The notes below the pieces were generated by a model, which was given only the letters and a program-made list of their open reading frames with translations, searched no databases and was not told the origin of the DNA. This document shows positions 7,680 through 16,935 of a stretch of DNA of 36,262 nt, piece after piece. The DNA is from Candidatus Iainarchaeum sp. (GTDB taxonomy: Archaea; Iainarchaeota; Iainarchaeia; Iainarchaeales; JAFCCW01), in contig JAFCCW010000017.1 of the NCBI GenBank assembly GCA_017609985.1, positions 1 through 36,262 on the forward strand. The letters are read 5' to 3'. A program made the translations under genes and the position numbers. Numbering within the stretch: the stretch's first letter is position 1; each line of letters starts with the position of its first letter.

Positions 7680-8843
7680 ATGTTGGACGAAGGAAAAGAA
7701 AACGCTTGCCCGCATTGCGAGTCTGGAAGCTTTGTGAAAAAAGGCAAGAAATACTCCTGCATTAAAGGCGTTTGGGTCCAGCGCTACAAATGCAATGAAT
7801 GTGGTCGCAAGTTTTCCAGGCGCTTAAAAAGGATTGAAAAGCCAGAGCCTTTTGTTTACCAGAGCAAGCCTGTGCCTTCGCAAGACTGGCCTGCTTATAC
7901 GGAAGCCCAAAAAAGCGAAAAACTGCTTTTAATGTCAACGCTCCGTGAAATGCTAGACTATTTGGAAATAAAAGAGCATGCAAGAGTTGGCAGACCATCT
8001 GTTGACTTCAAGGACATGGCATTTTCAATCATACTCAAAACATATACTGGCTTGTCTAGCAGGCGACTTGCTTCCGACCTTGAGATTGCAAAGCAACAAG
8101 GATTCATCAACAAAGTTTACGATTTCACAGTCTTAATGGATTACATGCGTGATTCAAGAATGCAACGCATTTTTGAAGAGCTTTACAAACTTGCAGCACT
8201 GAGTGTCAAGCCTATTGAGTCAGATTTTGCAGTTGATTCCTCGGGATTTTCCACAAGCCAGTTTGGTAGGTGGTTTGACCATAAGTGGGGCAAGGAAGTT
8301 GAGAGAAGGGAATGGGTTAAGGCACATATAATGGTTGGCACAATAACAAATGCTATTACCTCAATCGAAATCACAGAAGGGACAGCGGCAGATTCGCCTC
8401 GCTACGAAAAGCTTGTGAAAGACACAGCAAAAGGCTTCAATGTGAAAGAAGTCAGCGCAGACAAGGCATATCTTTCAAGAAAAAACCTTGAAGTCACAGT
8501 CAACCTCAACGCTGTTCCACTTATTCCTTTCAAGGAAAACTCAGTAGGCAGGGCTCGAGGCAGCGCTGTCTGGAAAAAGATGTACAACTATTTCCAAAAC
8601 CACAAGCAGGAGTTCATGGAACGCTACCACAAGCGCTCCAATGTTGAAAGCACGTTCAACATGATGAAACAGAAGTTTGGTTCCACTCTCAAAACCAAAA
8701 CATTTCAGGGGCAAAAGAACGAGCTGCTGGCAATGGCTGTCTGCCACAACATCTGTGTAATAATCCAAGAATACCACGAAAACAACATAGAAAGGGGTTT
8801 ACCTACAGAAGCCCTAGAAAATGGCAGAAGAATGATTTTTTAG
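7680..8843 (+). CDS. DDE transposase (IS5/IS4-like) with N-terminal Zn ribbon
   Basis: CPHC...CNEC; catalytic D in AVDSSGF, D in SADKAY, E in YHKRSNVESTFNMMK (YREK motif); start ATG 7680; the ORF reads through the right end into the flank. Confidence 0.92.
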   Translation: MLDEGKENACPHCESGSFVKKGKKYSCIKGVWVQRYKCNECGRKFSRRLKRIEKPEPFVYQSKPVPSQDWPAYTEAQKSEKLLLMSTLREMLDYLEIKEHARVGRPSVDFKDMAFSIILKTYTGLSSRRLASDLEIAKQQGFINKVYDFTVLMDYMRDSRMQRIFEELYKLAALSVKPIESDFAVDSSGFSTSQFGRWFDHKWGKEVERREWVKAHIMVGTITNAITSIEITEGTAADSPRYEKLVKDTAKGFNVKEVSADKAYLSRKNLEVTVNLNAVPLIPFKENSVGRARGSAVWKKMYNYFQNHKQEFMERYHKRSNVESTFNMMKQKFGSTLKTKTFQGQKNELLAMAVCHNICVIIQEYHENNIERGLPTEALENGRRMIF

Positions 8844-9217
8844 GTGGTTTAATGGGTTTTGAAGACAATTCCATTGCATATATTTCTTCCCATATGGCGG
8901 TTGGGCATTATTCTGGACTTGGCAGTTTAAGTTATGATCAGATTTACACTGACAAGATTCTTCAAACTGCTTTTCAAAAAATGAAATCCGACGGAAGAAT
9001 CAGGATAACTGTTGGTGGAAGCAAGACCGCAGGGTTAATTCTGGGCGCAATGAGAAAAGCAGGCTTTGAAGAAAGAAAAACAGATATTCTTCAAAGACCT
9101 GAAGAGAAAAAAACCTATTGGGCCAGGCGCTATGCCCAAGATCATACTAAAAGTGGTCGAGAAGAAGAGATAATTGCAATAACCGCGAAGAAAAAATCTC
9201 CAATCATTACTGCTTAG
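8806..9217 (+). pseudogene. 3' part of the interrupted host methyltransferase-like gene
   Basis: Frame is open from the element end: RSPRKWQKNDFLGGLMGFEDNSIAYISSHM...KMKSDGRIRITV. Confidence 0.7.
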
Positions 9218-9252
9218 CAAAGATAATTGTTTTTTCTTAAAATAAAAAAAAT

Positions 9253-9674
9253 GAGCAGTGGAGAGTAAGCCGCCTTCTGTTCGCCTGCTGTATCAGGCGG
9301 CACTATGTGCCATTTCCGCTAACGCTTCAATGGCACTGGCTCGCCCTTGCGGGTTCGCCTTCTGCCGTCTTTCACACCAAGTTGCTGGCATTCGACTGAG
9401 CGTCTCAAAGACTTGCACCCTGCGAGCACGATGCCTTACAGCATGCGCCCTAACCCCGGCCGTTTCATTCCCCTGCCGGACTGATCCGGCAGTGATCATT
9501 CCCCGTAAACGGAGAAGTGGATATCGTTTCTGCTCCAGGGGGACCCCCTCTCGAGGGCTAGCTTTTTAGGCACTTTTTTGAATGGGAGGGCGGACTTTCC
9601 TCACTGAAATTTTTCATTGCGAAAAACATGGCGCTTGAAGCCATTGTTCAGCGTGAGCCAGCCTTCCACTACCC
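9253..9674 (-). ncRNA. rnpB: Ribonuclease P RNA
   Basis: Minus strand has GAGGAAAGTCCGCCC and AACAGAAGGCGGCTTAC (P4 signature); 5' GGGTAGTGGA pairs with 3' TCCACTGCTC (P1). Confidence 0.93.
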
Positions 9675-9819
9675 AATAATATTATGTATAACTTGTGTTT
9701 TTAAGGCTTTTCCTTAAACTTTTTTCCAATTTTCTTGCTATTTTCTCAGTACCCTGAATCACACCAGCAATATTTAAATCACTCATAATATTTAAATAAT
9801 CCAAAGCTATTCTATTAAC

Positions 9820-10200
9820 ATGGCTTCAAAGACTAACTGGATTATTGCCATATTCACAATTGTCCTACTCATGGCATTCTTTGTTTATTATGGAGCATAC
9901 GAGAACATCTTTCCAATAATGCTTTTGGGAATCTGTCTGGTTGGAATTGTTTCCAAAAAAAACTGGGGCTTGTTCTTTGGACTAGCAGTTCTCATATTCC
10001 TAATGATTGGCACAGGAGTAGAACTTTCTCTAATATTTAATCCAGAGGGAATAGAAAATGTTTACAGCCCAGTGGAACATGGACTAATCTCCCTGGCAGT
10101 CGACCCATCCTTTGAAAACATTGGATTGCTTTCAGCATTCGCAGCAGTTGCAGGGCTTGGCTCAATCGCTCTGATTAGAAGCAGGAAAGTGTTTCCGTAA
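9820..10200 (+). CDS. Hypothetical membrane protein
   Basis: 126 aa, four hydrophobic segments, upstream TTTAAATA box. Confidence 0.7.
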   Translation: MASKTNWIIAIFTIVLLMAFFVYYGAYENIFPIMLLGICLVGIVSKKNWGLFFGLAVLIFLMIGTGVELSLIFNPEGIENVYSPVEHGLISLAVDPSFENIGLLSAFAAVAGLGSIALIRSRKVFP

Positions 10201-10293
10201 ATTGCAGACAGAAGTCTAATTTTTAAAAAAATTTCAAAAAAAAGAAATTTCAGCACAGTAACTTTTAATACAAATATCAAAGGCACTATGCCT

Positions 10294-10343
10294 CTGGCAT
10301 AGGTAATGGAACCCAATTATGGCAAATTCTATTGAAGAGATTC
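10294..10343 (-). other. 3' strand of the 23S processing stem; partner at 13390-13436, with a bulge-helix-bulge-like motif
   Basis: ~45-bp interrupted inverted repeat flanking the 23S: CTGGCATAGG, GGAAC, CCAATTATGG and TGAAGAGATTC blocks with 3-nt bulges. Confidence 0.85.
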
Positions 10344-10354
10344 ACAAGTATTGT

Positions 10355-13320
10355 GAAAGAGTTACCCTCGAGCTCTTAGTACTGGTGAGCTGAATGTCTC
10401 GCCGAAGCTCGACACTTACACTTCCAGCCTATCAACCCGGTCTTTTACCGGAGCTCTTGTCCCTAGCCCCTTCACCCGTAGGCTCAGGAGATTCAGGAAT
10501 GGTTGTCTCTGTTCAGGGGCTGCTTCGAGCTTAGATGCTTTCAGCTCTTATCAGTTACAGCGTAGCTACCCAGCGATGCCTTGCAAGACAACTGGTAAAC
10601 CAGAGGCTGCGAAATACCGTTCCTCTCGTACTCAGTATTGCTTCCCTTTAGACAACCAACACTTCTAACAGATAGTATCCAAACTGGCTCGCACCGTTCT
10701 CAACCCAACTAACGTACGGCTTTAATGAGTTAACACCTCCACCCTTGGCCGCTTATGCACGGCCAGGATGCCATGAGACGACGGCGATGTCGCAAACCGC
10801 GGGGTCGATGTGGACTCTCACCCGCGACCACTCAATTACCCCCAGGGTAAGTTCACTGTAAGACCAGGGTTCCATTAAAGAACACACTGACGTTCGCTAG
10901 ACCGAACTTTCGTTCCCGCGTTTCTTGCTATGCGAAACCCGGTTAAGCCTGCTTTTGCTCTTGCACTCTACGGAGAATTTCTGACTCTCCTGAGCAGACC
11001 TTTGGGCGCCCCTGATATTTTTTCAGGGGCGTACCACCCCAGTCCAACCACCCGTCAAACGTTGTCCCTTTGCAGGTTAGAAGTATAGTTTTTAAAGGAT
11101 GGTGTCCCATTGACGGCTCAACGTTCCCTAGCGAAAACGCTTCGAAGCCTACCATCTACGCTTCACTCCAAAAACCATACCACAGCGTCAGATTGTGGTA
11201 AACCTCCGTGGGGTCTTCTCTTCCCGTTAGAAGTCCGCGGCATTTTCACCGCGCAGTGAGTTCATCAGGCCTTAGTTAGGGACAGCAGGAATCTCGTTGC
11301 TTCATTGGTGCAAGCCGGCATTAAACCGGCAAGGTATTACGCTACCGTGAGAGCCTCAGAGTTAGGCCCGCTCTTCACCAGCGCTTAGGTCCCTTGAACA
11401 GGACGTTCACGTACTGGCAGTGAGCAGAAGTCAGCGGCTATACACACCATTACTGGCTAGCAGCCACCTGTGTTTTTAATAAACAGTCGGACTCCTTTTG
11501 TCAATGTCACCTGCGCATCTGTTGAAACGCAGGCACCCCTTATACCGAAGGTACGGGGCTAATTTGCCGAATTCCCTTAACCAAGTTATCCTGATACGCC
11601 TTGGCCTTTTCAGCCAGGGGCACCTTTCTCGGTTCTCGGTACGGTCATGCACAATTCTTTCTGCGTCCTGTTTCAGGGGCACCAGGCCTCAGCCAAAATT
11701 ACTATTCCAAGGTTTGCCCTCCTTCTCGCTATTACAGCTCTCCAGAGGCCTATCCTTGTTAAGCACCCGGTTAGAGTGCGTGGCCTAGCCCGATGCGTTA
11801 GAACGCAGACTATCGTTGCCGAAAACGTATGTGCAAGGTACAGGAATATGAACCTGTTTCCCTTTCCCACTTATCCAGTTAGGACAGTGGTTAGGACCGA
11901 CTAACCCTTAGCTTATAATAAGCGCTAAGGAACCCTAGCCCTTTCGGCGGAAGAGATTCTCACTCTTCTATCGTTATTACTAGCGCGAGGATCCATTTTT
12001 CTGGAAGATCCATCCCTGCTTTCGCAGGGACTTCTACTCCACCAGAATACCTCCCTATCGGTCTCCCTCTACTGAAGGAGCCCCTGGGTATCGGCAGCCG
12101 GTTTAGCCCAGATTATTTTCAAGGCCCTTGACCTTGGCGGGTGAGCTATTACGCACTCTTTAAGGGATGGCTGCTTCTAAGCCAACCTTCCCGCTGTCTT
12201 AGGACAAGGACACTTTTCGGTTTAACACTTAACCGGCATTTATGGGCCTTAACCCAGGTCTGGGTTGTTCCCCTCTCGGACGACAGGCTTACCCCGCCGC
12301 CCCTACTCTGGATTTCAACGAAAGCTACAGATTCGGAGTTTGACAAGAAAGCTCAAGCTCTCGCCCAAGTACTTCCTAATCAGTATCTCTACACCGTAGC
12401 TATTCTCCATCCAGGCTAGCCTTAGGGCTAACTCGGGAGGAGCCCGCTATCACCTGGTGCGAGTCGCATATCACGCCTAGACCCAAGTCACCCGAGCAGA
12501 TAGACTAACAACGGTTGCGGACCTCCATCCCCCGGAAGGGGGACTTCATCCTGCTCAGGCCTAGATCACCAGGTTTCGGGTTTGGTAGCGGTGACTTAAG
12601 CTTTGGTAACTTACACCCTGACCCTTGCGGACTGCGGTGTCTTGGCTTCCCTACGGCTTCTCCCTTAAAAGGATTAACCTTGCCACGGCTACAAACTCCC
12701 TCGCTCGTGTTTCGAGACGAATGACACAACGCTGATCCATTCCCTTCACGCACTCCGTTGCCGAAGCTTGTTTAGGGGAATATCAACTCTTTCACGCCAT
12801 ATCTCCCCGTAACCGCCTAGTTTCAAGCGCTTTTCATCTCCCGTTAGGGATGCTTTTCAACTTTCCTTCACAGTACTAGTACTCTATCGGTCTCAAGTAG
12901 TATTTAGGGTTGGAAGTTAATGCCTCCCATGTTCACGCGCAATATCCAATGCACGCTACTCTTGAACTCGGAAATCATCCATCCATGTTCCTCTTACACG
13001 GCTATCACGCTCTATGGCGTTCCTTTCCAGAAAACTTCAGATTGCACTTTTGGATGTTAACCGGCCACACCACATCTCCCGCTCCTTGCGGACGGGATTC
13101 AGTTTGCCCTGTTCTGCTTTCGGTCGCCCCTAATAACAGAATCTCATAGATTTCTTTTCCTGCGGTTACTAAGATGCTTCAATTCACCGCGTTGCCCTTC
13201 CTTACGGAATAATTCAGGAATCTCTGGTTCAAAGGCTGCATGCGCCTCGCCAGAGCTTATCGCAGCTTGCCGCGCCCTTCATCAGCTCTTGAGCCTAGTT
13301 ATCCACTAGACGGCGTAACG
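10355..13320 (-). rRNA. rrl: 23S rRNA (ends approximate)
   Basis: Sarcin-ricin loop AGTACGAGAGGAAC (~10619-10632), P-loop CTGGGG, GTPase centre GGCTTAGAAGCAGCC, 5' GCTGCGATAAGC. Confidence 0.98.
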
Positions 13321-13795
13321 ATATCTCTTTCACGAGTGACAGTCAAAACAATAATTGAAATGACTGCAGTCACAAATATGTGACATATAGAATCTCTTCA
13401 GAACTCACCATAATTGGTTGGTTCCACCTATGCCAGCGCGATTCCGTACGGGCGCTTCAGTTCCCCCTGCGAGGGGGATTTGCTCGCTAGCGCTCGCATT
13501 TCCTCGTGCCGCTTCATAAACCTGCAAACACAGACTCAAATGCCTGAAAGGATTTGATTCTGATAAGCCTATGTTCCAATTGGAACTTCAGCCTTGCAGA
13601 CCTCTGCAAAACCATTCCAAAACAACTTGGAATGGCGTCTTATCTTAACAAACTGATAAGCGTAATTTTCTGAATTTTTTTCAATCCAATCCCATCGCAG
13701 ATGGAGTGTTTTTTACTATCTCACCTATTGCGAGGCAACAGCCGAGCCAGTCCCATTGTAAATGGGATGTTTCGCTGCCCTTTATCAAAGGGCAA

Positions 13796-13869
13796 TGGAC
13801 TCGGAGGGATTCGAACCCTCGGCCTCTCCCGTGCAAGGGGAGCGCTCTACCAAGCTGAGCTACAAGCCC
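13796..13869 (-). tRNA. tRNA-Ala(UGC) in the 16S-23S spacer
   Basis: Cloverleaf GGGCTTG...CGAGTCCA, anticodon TGC, G3:U70 identity pair, no encoded CCA. Confidence 0.97.
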
Positions 13870-13941
13870 ACAAGTGGGCATCACCAGCCTGGGCTTGCAC
13901 CACCTTGCTAAAGCCAAATTTTCAGCTTTTTTTTAAATATA

Positions 13942-13977
13942 AAACCATGAATTAATTGAGGTCCGGAAGCAAGAAAC
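13942..13977 (-). other. 3' strand of the 16S processing stem; partner at 15633-15668, with a canonical bulge-helix-bulge
   Basis: 16-bp TCCGGAAGCAAGAAAC stem, AAU bulge, GAGG/CCTC 4-bp helix, AAU bulge, 13-bp outer stem. Confidence 0.9.
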
Positions 13978-14040
13978 AGCCCCCTCCGTTGGAGAGGGCC
14001 AGCTAAAATCCATCCCATCAGGGACTTGTTTAGCTTTGAA

Positions 14041-15527
14041 AGGAGGTGATCCGTCCGCAGGTTCCCCTACGGACACCTTGTTACAACTTAGCCCGCCTCG
14101 CAAAACCCAGAATTGACCCCCTCTAAGAGAGGGGCTCATCCAGACTCTACTCAGCTGGCTTGATGGGCGGTGTGTGCAAGGCGCAGGGACTTATTCACCG
14201 CGCAATAATGATACGCGATTACTGGGGATTCCAGGCATTCACGAGGGTGAGTTGCAACCCTCGATCCGAACCAAGATTGAGTTTAGGGGATTACCTATCC
14301 CTTTCGGGGTCGGAGCCCATTGTCTCAACCATTGTAGGCCGCGTGTTGCCCAGGAAATTCGGGCCATACAGATCTACCGTCGACCGCTCCTTCCTCAATC
14401 TTACGATTGCAGTCTCTTTAGAGTGCTCCATCCAAAAAGATGAATAGCAACTAAAGACGCGGGTCTCGCCCGTTGCCTGAGTTAACAGGACGCTTCATAG
14501 TACGAGCTGACGATGACCATACAACACCTCTCAGCGCGTCAGGAAAGCCCTTCAGACTGTCCATCATCCTGCTGTCGTCCCTGGTAAGCTGTCTGGGGTT
14601 GTATCCAATTGAACCGCAGCCTCCACCCCTTGTAGTGCGCCCCCGCCAATTCCATTAAGTTTCAGCCTTGCGACCATACTTCCCAGGCAGTGGACTTAAC
14701 GCCTTCGCTACGGCACCCCATGCCCCCTTAGGGCACAGGACACCTAGTCCACAGCGTTTACGGCTGGGACTAACCGGGTATCTAATCCGGGTCGCTCCCC
14801 CAGCTTTCGTCTCTCACCGTCAGGCCCGTTCTGGTAAGGCGCCTTCGCTACTGGTGGTCTTTCAAGGATTATAGCATTTCACCGCTACCCCTGAAATTCC
14901 CCTTACCTCTCCCGGCCTCGAGCCCTGCAGTTTCTTTGGCAATTCAGTCAGTTAAGCTGGCTGATTTCACCAAAGACTTACAAAACCGGCTACAGACGTT
15001 TTAGGCCCAATATAAATGGGCACCACTTACGGGTTACGTGTTACCGCGGCGGCTGGCACGTATATTGCCCCCCATTTATTCGCCAAACTTTTTAGAGTTG
15101 GCAAAAGCCATCAGTGATGGCACTTGAAATCCCCTTATCACGCTTGCGCGCATTGTAAAGGTTTCGCGACTGCTGCACCCCTTAGGGCTAGGGACATTGT
15201 CTCAGTTCCCTTCTCCGGGCTACCCCTTCCAGGGCCCGTACGGATCTTCGGCTTGGTGGGCAGTTACCCCGCCAACAACCTAATCCGCCGCAGAGCCATC
15301 TTCTGGTGGACTTCAAGTATGAATGAAGTCCTTTTGGAAATAACACCTTCCAGTAGAAATTTCCTATGGAGCATTATGCCCAGTTTCCCGGGTTTAACTC
15401 CTCCAAAAGGCAGGTTCTCCACGTGTTACTGAGCCGTTCGCCAAAAGCACTCATAACTGTGCCTTTAAGACTTGCATGTCTAAATCGGATTTCAATAGCA
15501 GTACCCGCCAGCAGGATCAGCTGGAAT
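14041..15527 (-). rRNA. rrs: 16S rRNA
   Basis: 5' ATTCCAGCTGATCCTGC, GTGCCAGCCGCCGCGGTAA, GGATTAGATACCC, 3' GATCACCTCCT. Confidence 0.99.
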
Positions 15528-16063
15528 TAGCTAATTTTTCTTAACAAGCGAGATGAATCGCTGTTAAGCTGCTAGCTTACAAGACTATTTATTGTGGAAT
15601 TGATTTATTCAAGACAATTGCCTTGAATTCAGGTTTCTTGCTTCCGGAATTCCTCTAATTCACGGTTTCCTAAATCATACCCAAAAAAACTTGGGTACTC
15701 ATCTCTAAGCACAAAACAATTGCGCAGAACCCACTCTCTCATCAAAGACAGAATGACTCCCCGACCTAAACAGTCTACCAGAAAAAGCGGACCGCGACAG
15801 CGAAAACCGGCACGACCATCAATAACAAAATGTCGAATATTCATCTCTGGTTAGATGAACCTATTTGTATTACATATAGGCGCGCCCAGTCTTTAAAAAG
15901 CTTTCGTTGATCTTGAATATTGGCTTAGGGATTCTGCATTTAAAGGAGAATTACCTAAGGAGAGAATTGCCAGAAACACTGGGCAAAAAATAATAAAAGA
16001 GTCTTGACAAAGATATGTGGAAGAACAACAATAAAATAACTCTAGAAAAAGATTTGATTAATT

Positions 16064-16924
16064 ATGTTAATTGAACTAATCAAACTCGCGCGCCCTGTTG
16101 AATGGAGCAAGTCTTTGTTCAATATGCTGATTGCTGCAGCAATTGCTTATTATTATCTTGGCGCTTTAATTGACTTGCCTGTTTTTGTTCTTGGATTTTT
16201 TTCTGTTTCTCTTCTCTGGGGCGGACTCTATGCTCTCAATGACTACACTGACAGAGAAGCAGATGCAAAGCACGCAGTCAAAAGTAAAAGACCGATTCCC
16301 TCAGGAAAAGTTCCCGCAAGACTTGCTCTTGTTTTCTCGCTGTTGTTAATGGTTTGTTCTTTTGCTATTGCTTTACAGCTTTCTTTCCTGCTTGTTGTCT
16401 GCCTTACAGCAATGCTTGCCAACCAGTTCTTGTACACACTCAAACCTTTCCAGTTCAAGAAAAAACCTGTTCTTGACCTTGTGTCGGGAAGCATGATTAA
16501 TCCAGTTTTCCGTTTTTACTCTGGTTGGGTTTTGTTTATTCCAGCTTTCAATGCACCCGTGATTGCTCTCTTGTTTGTTGTCGGCCTTCAGCTTGGCGGC
16601 TATGGACTCTACAGACTTGCTTCAAAGAGCCACGATGAAGAAATGGACTACAGTAGCAGTGTAACAGTTTTTGGAGAGCGAAATATGCGAATTGCTTTTT
16701 ATGCAGCGATTGCAATCGGAGCACTTTCTTTTCTTGCGCTTTTGCTCACAAGAATTATTCCACTCCGTTTTCTTGCGCTCGCAATTCTTTCAATTCCATT
16801 CATTCCCGGTTACTGGAATTCCATGAAAGAGCCTGAAGCAATGGACATGAAAAAAGTTTATAAAAAAATTTATCTACACACAATTCTTTTCATTGCAGGA
16901 TTTATTGTGCTAACACTTATCTGA
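16064..16924 (+). CDS. UbiA family prenyltransferase
   Basis: ARP..W.K, NDYTDREAD...KRPIPSG motif, multiple TM helices. Confidence 0.9.
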   Translation: MLIELIKLARPVEWSKSLFNMLIAAAIAYYYLGALIDLPVFVLGFFSVSLLWGGLYALNDYTDREADAKHAVKSKRPIPSGKVPARLALVFSLLLMVCSFAIALQLSFLLVVCLTAMLANQFLYTLKPFQFKKKPVLDLVSGSMINPVFRFYSGWVLFIPAFNAPVIALLFVVGLQLGGYGLYRLASKSHDEEMDYSSSVTVFGERNMRIAFYAAIAIGALSFLALLLTRIIPLRFLALAILSIPFIPGYWNSMKEPEAMDMKKVYKKIYLHTILFIAGFIVLTLI

Positions 16925-16935
16925 TTCATCTGATT

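Larger units (their letters stand above)
5190..8803. mobile_element. Cargo-carrying DDE transposon (IS5/IS4-like transposase), ~3.6 kb
   Basis: Bipartite inverted ends GGTAAA-N8-TACGTTGT (5190-5211) and reverse-complement GGTAAA-N8-TATGTTGT (8782-8803); TA duplication at 5188-5189 and 8804-8805; removal restores a host ORF (GIDKTGIV-YRSPRKWQKNDFLGGLMGFEDNS); AT-richer cargo. Confidence 0.85.

Noticed and set aside
9258-9569. ORFs 9258..9569(+) and 9293..9499(-)
   Set aside because: They overlap the RNase P RNA
10200-10355. 5S rRNA downstream of 23S
   Set aside because: The region is occupied by the processing stem and an AT-rich terminator-like tract; no 5S signature, and unlinked 5S genes are common in archaea
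10943-15844. ORFs predicted inside the rRNA operon and its leader
   Set aside because: They overlap 23S, tRNA-Ala, 16S and processing stems; shadow ORFs
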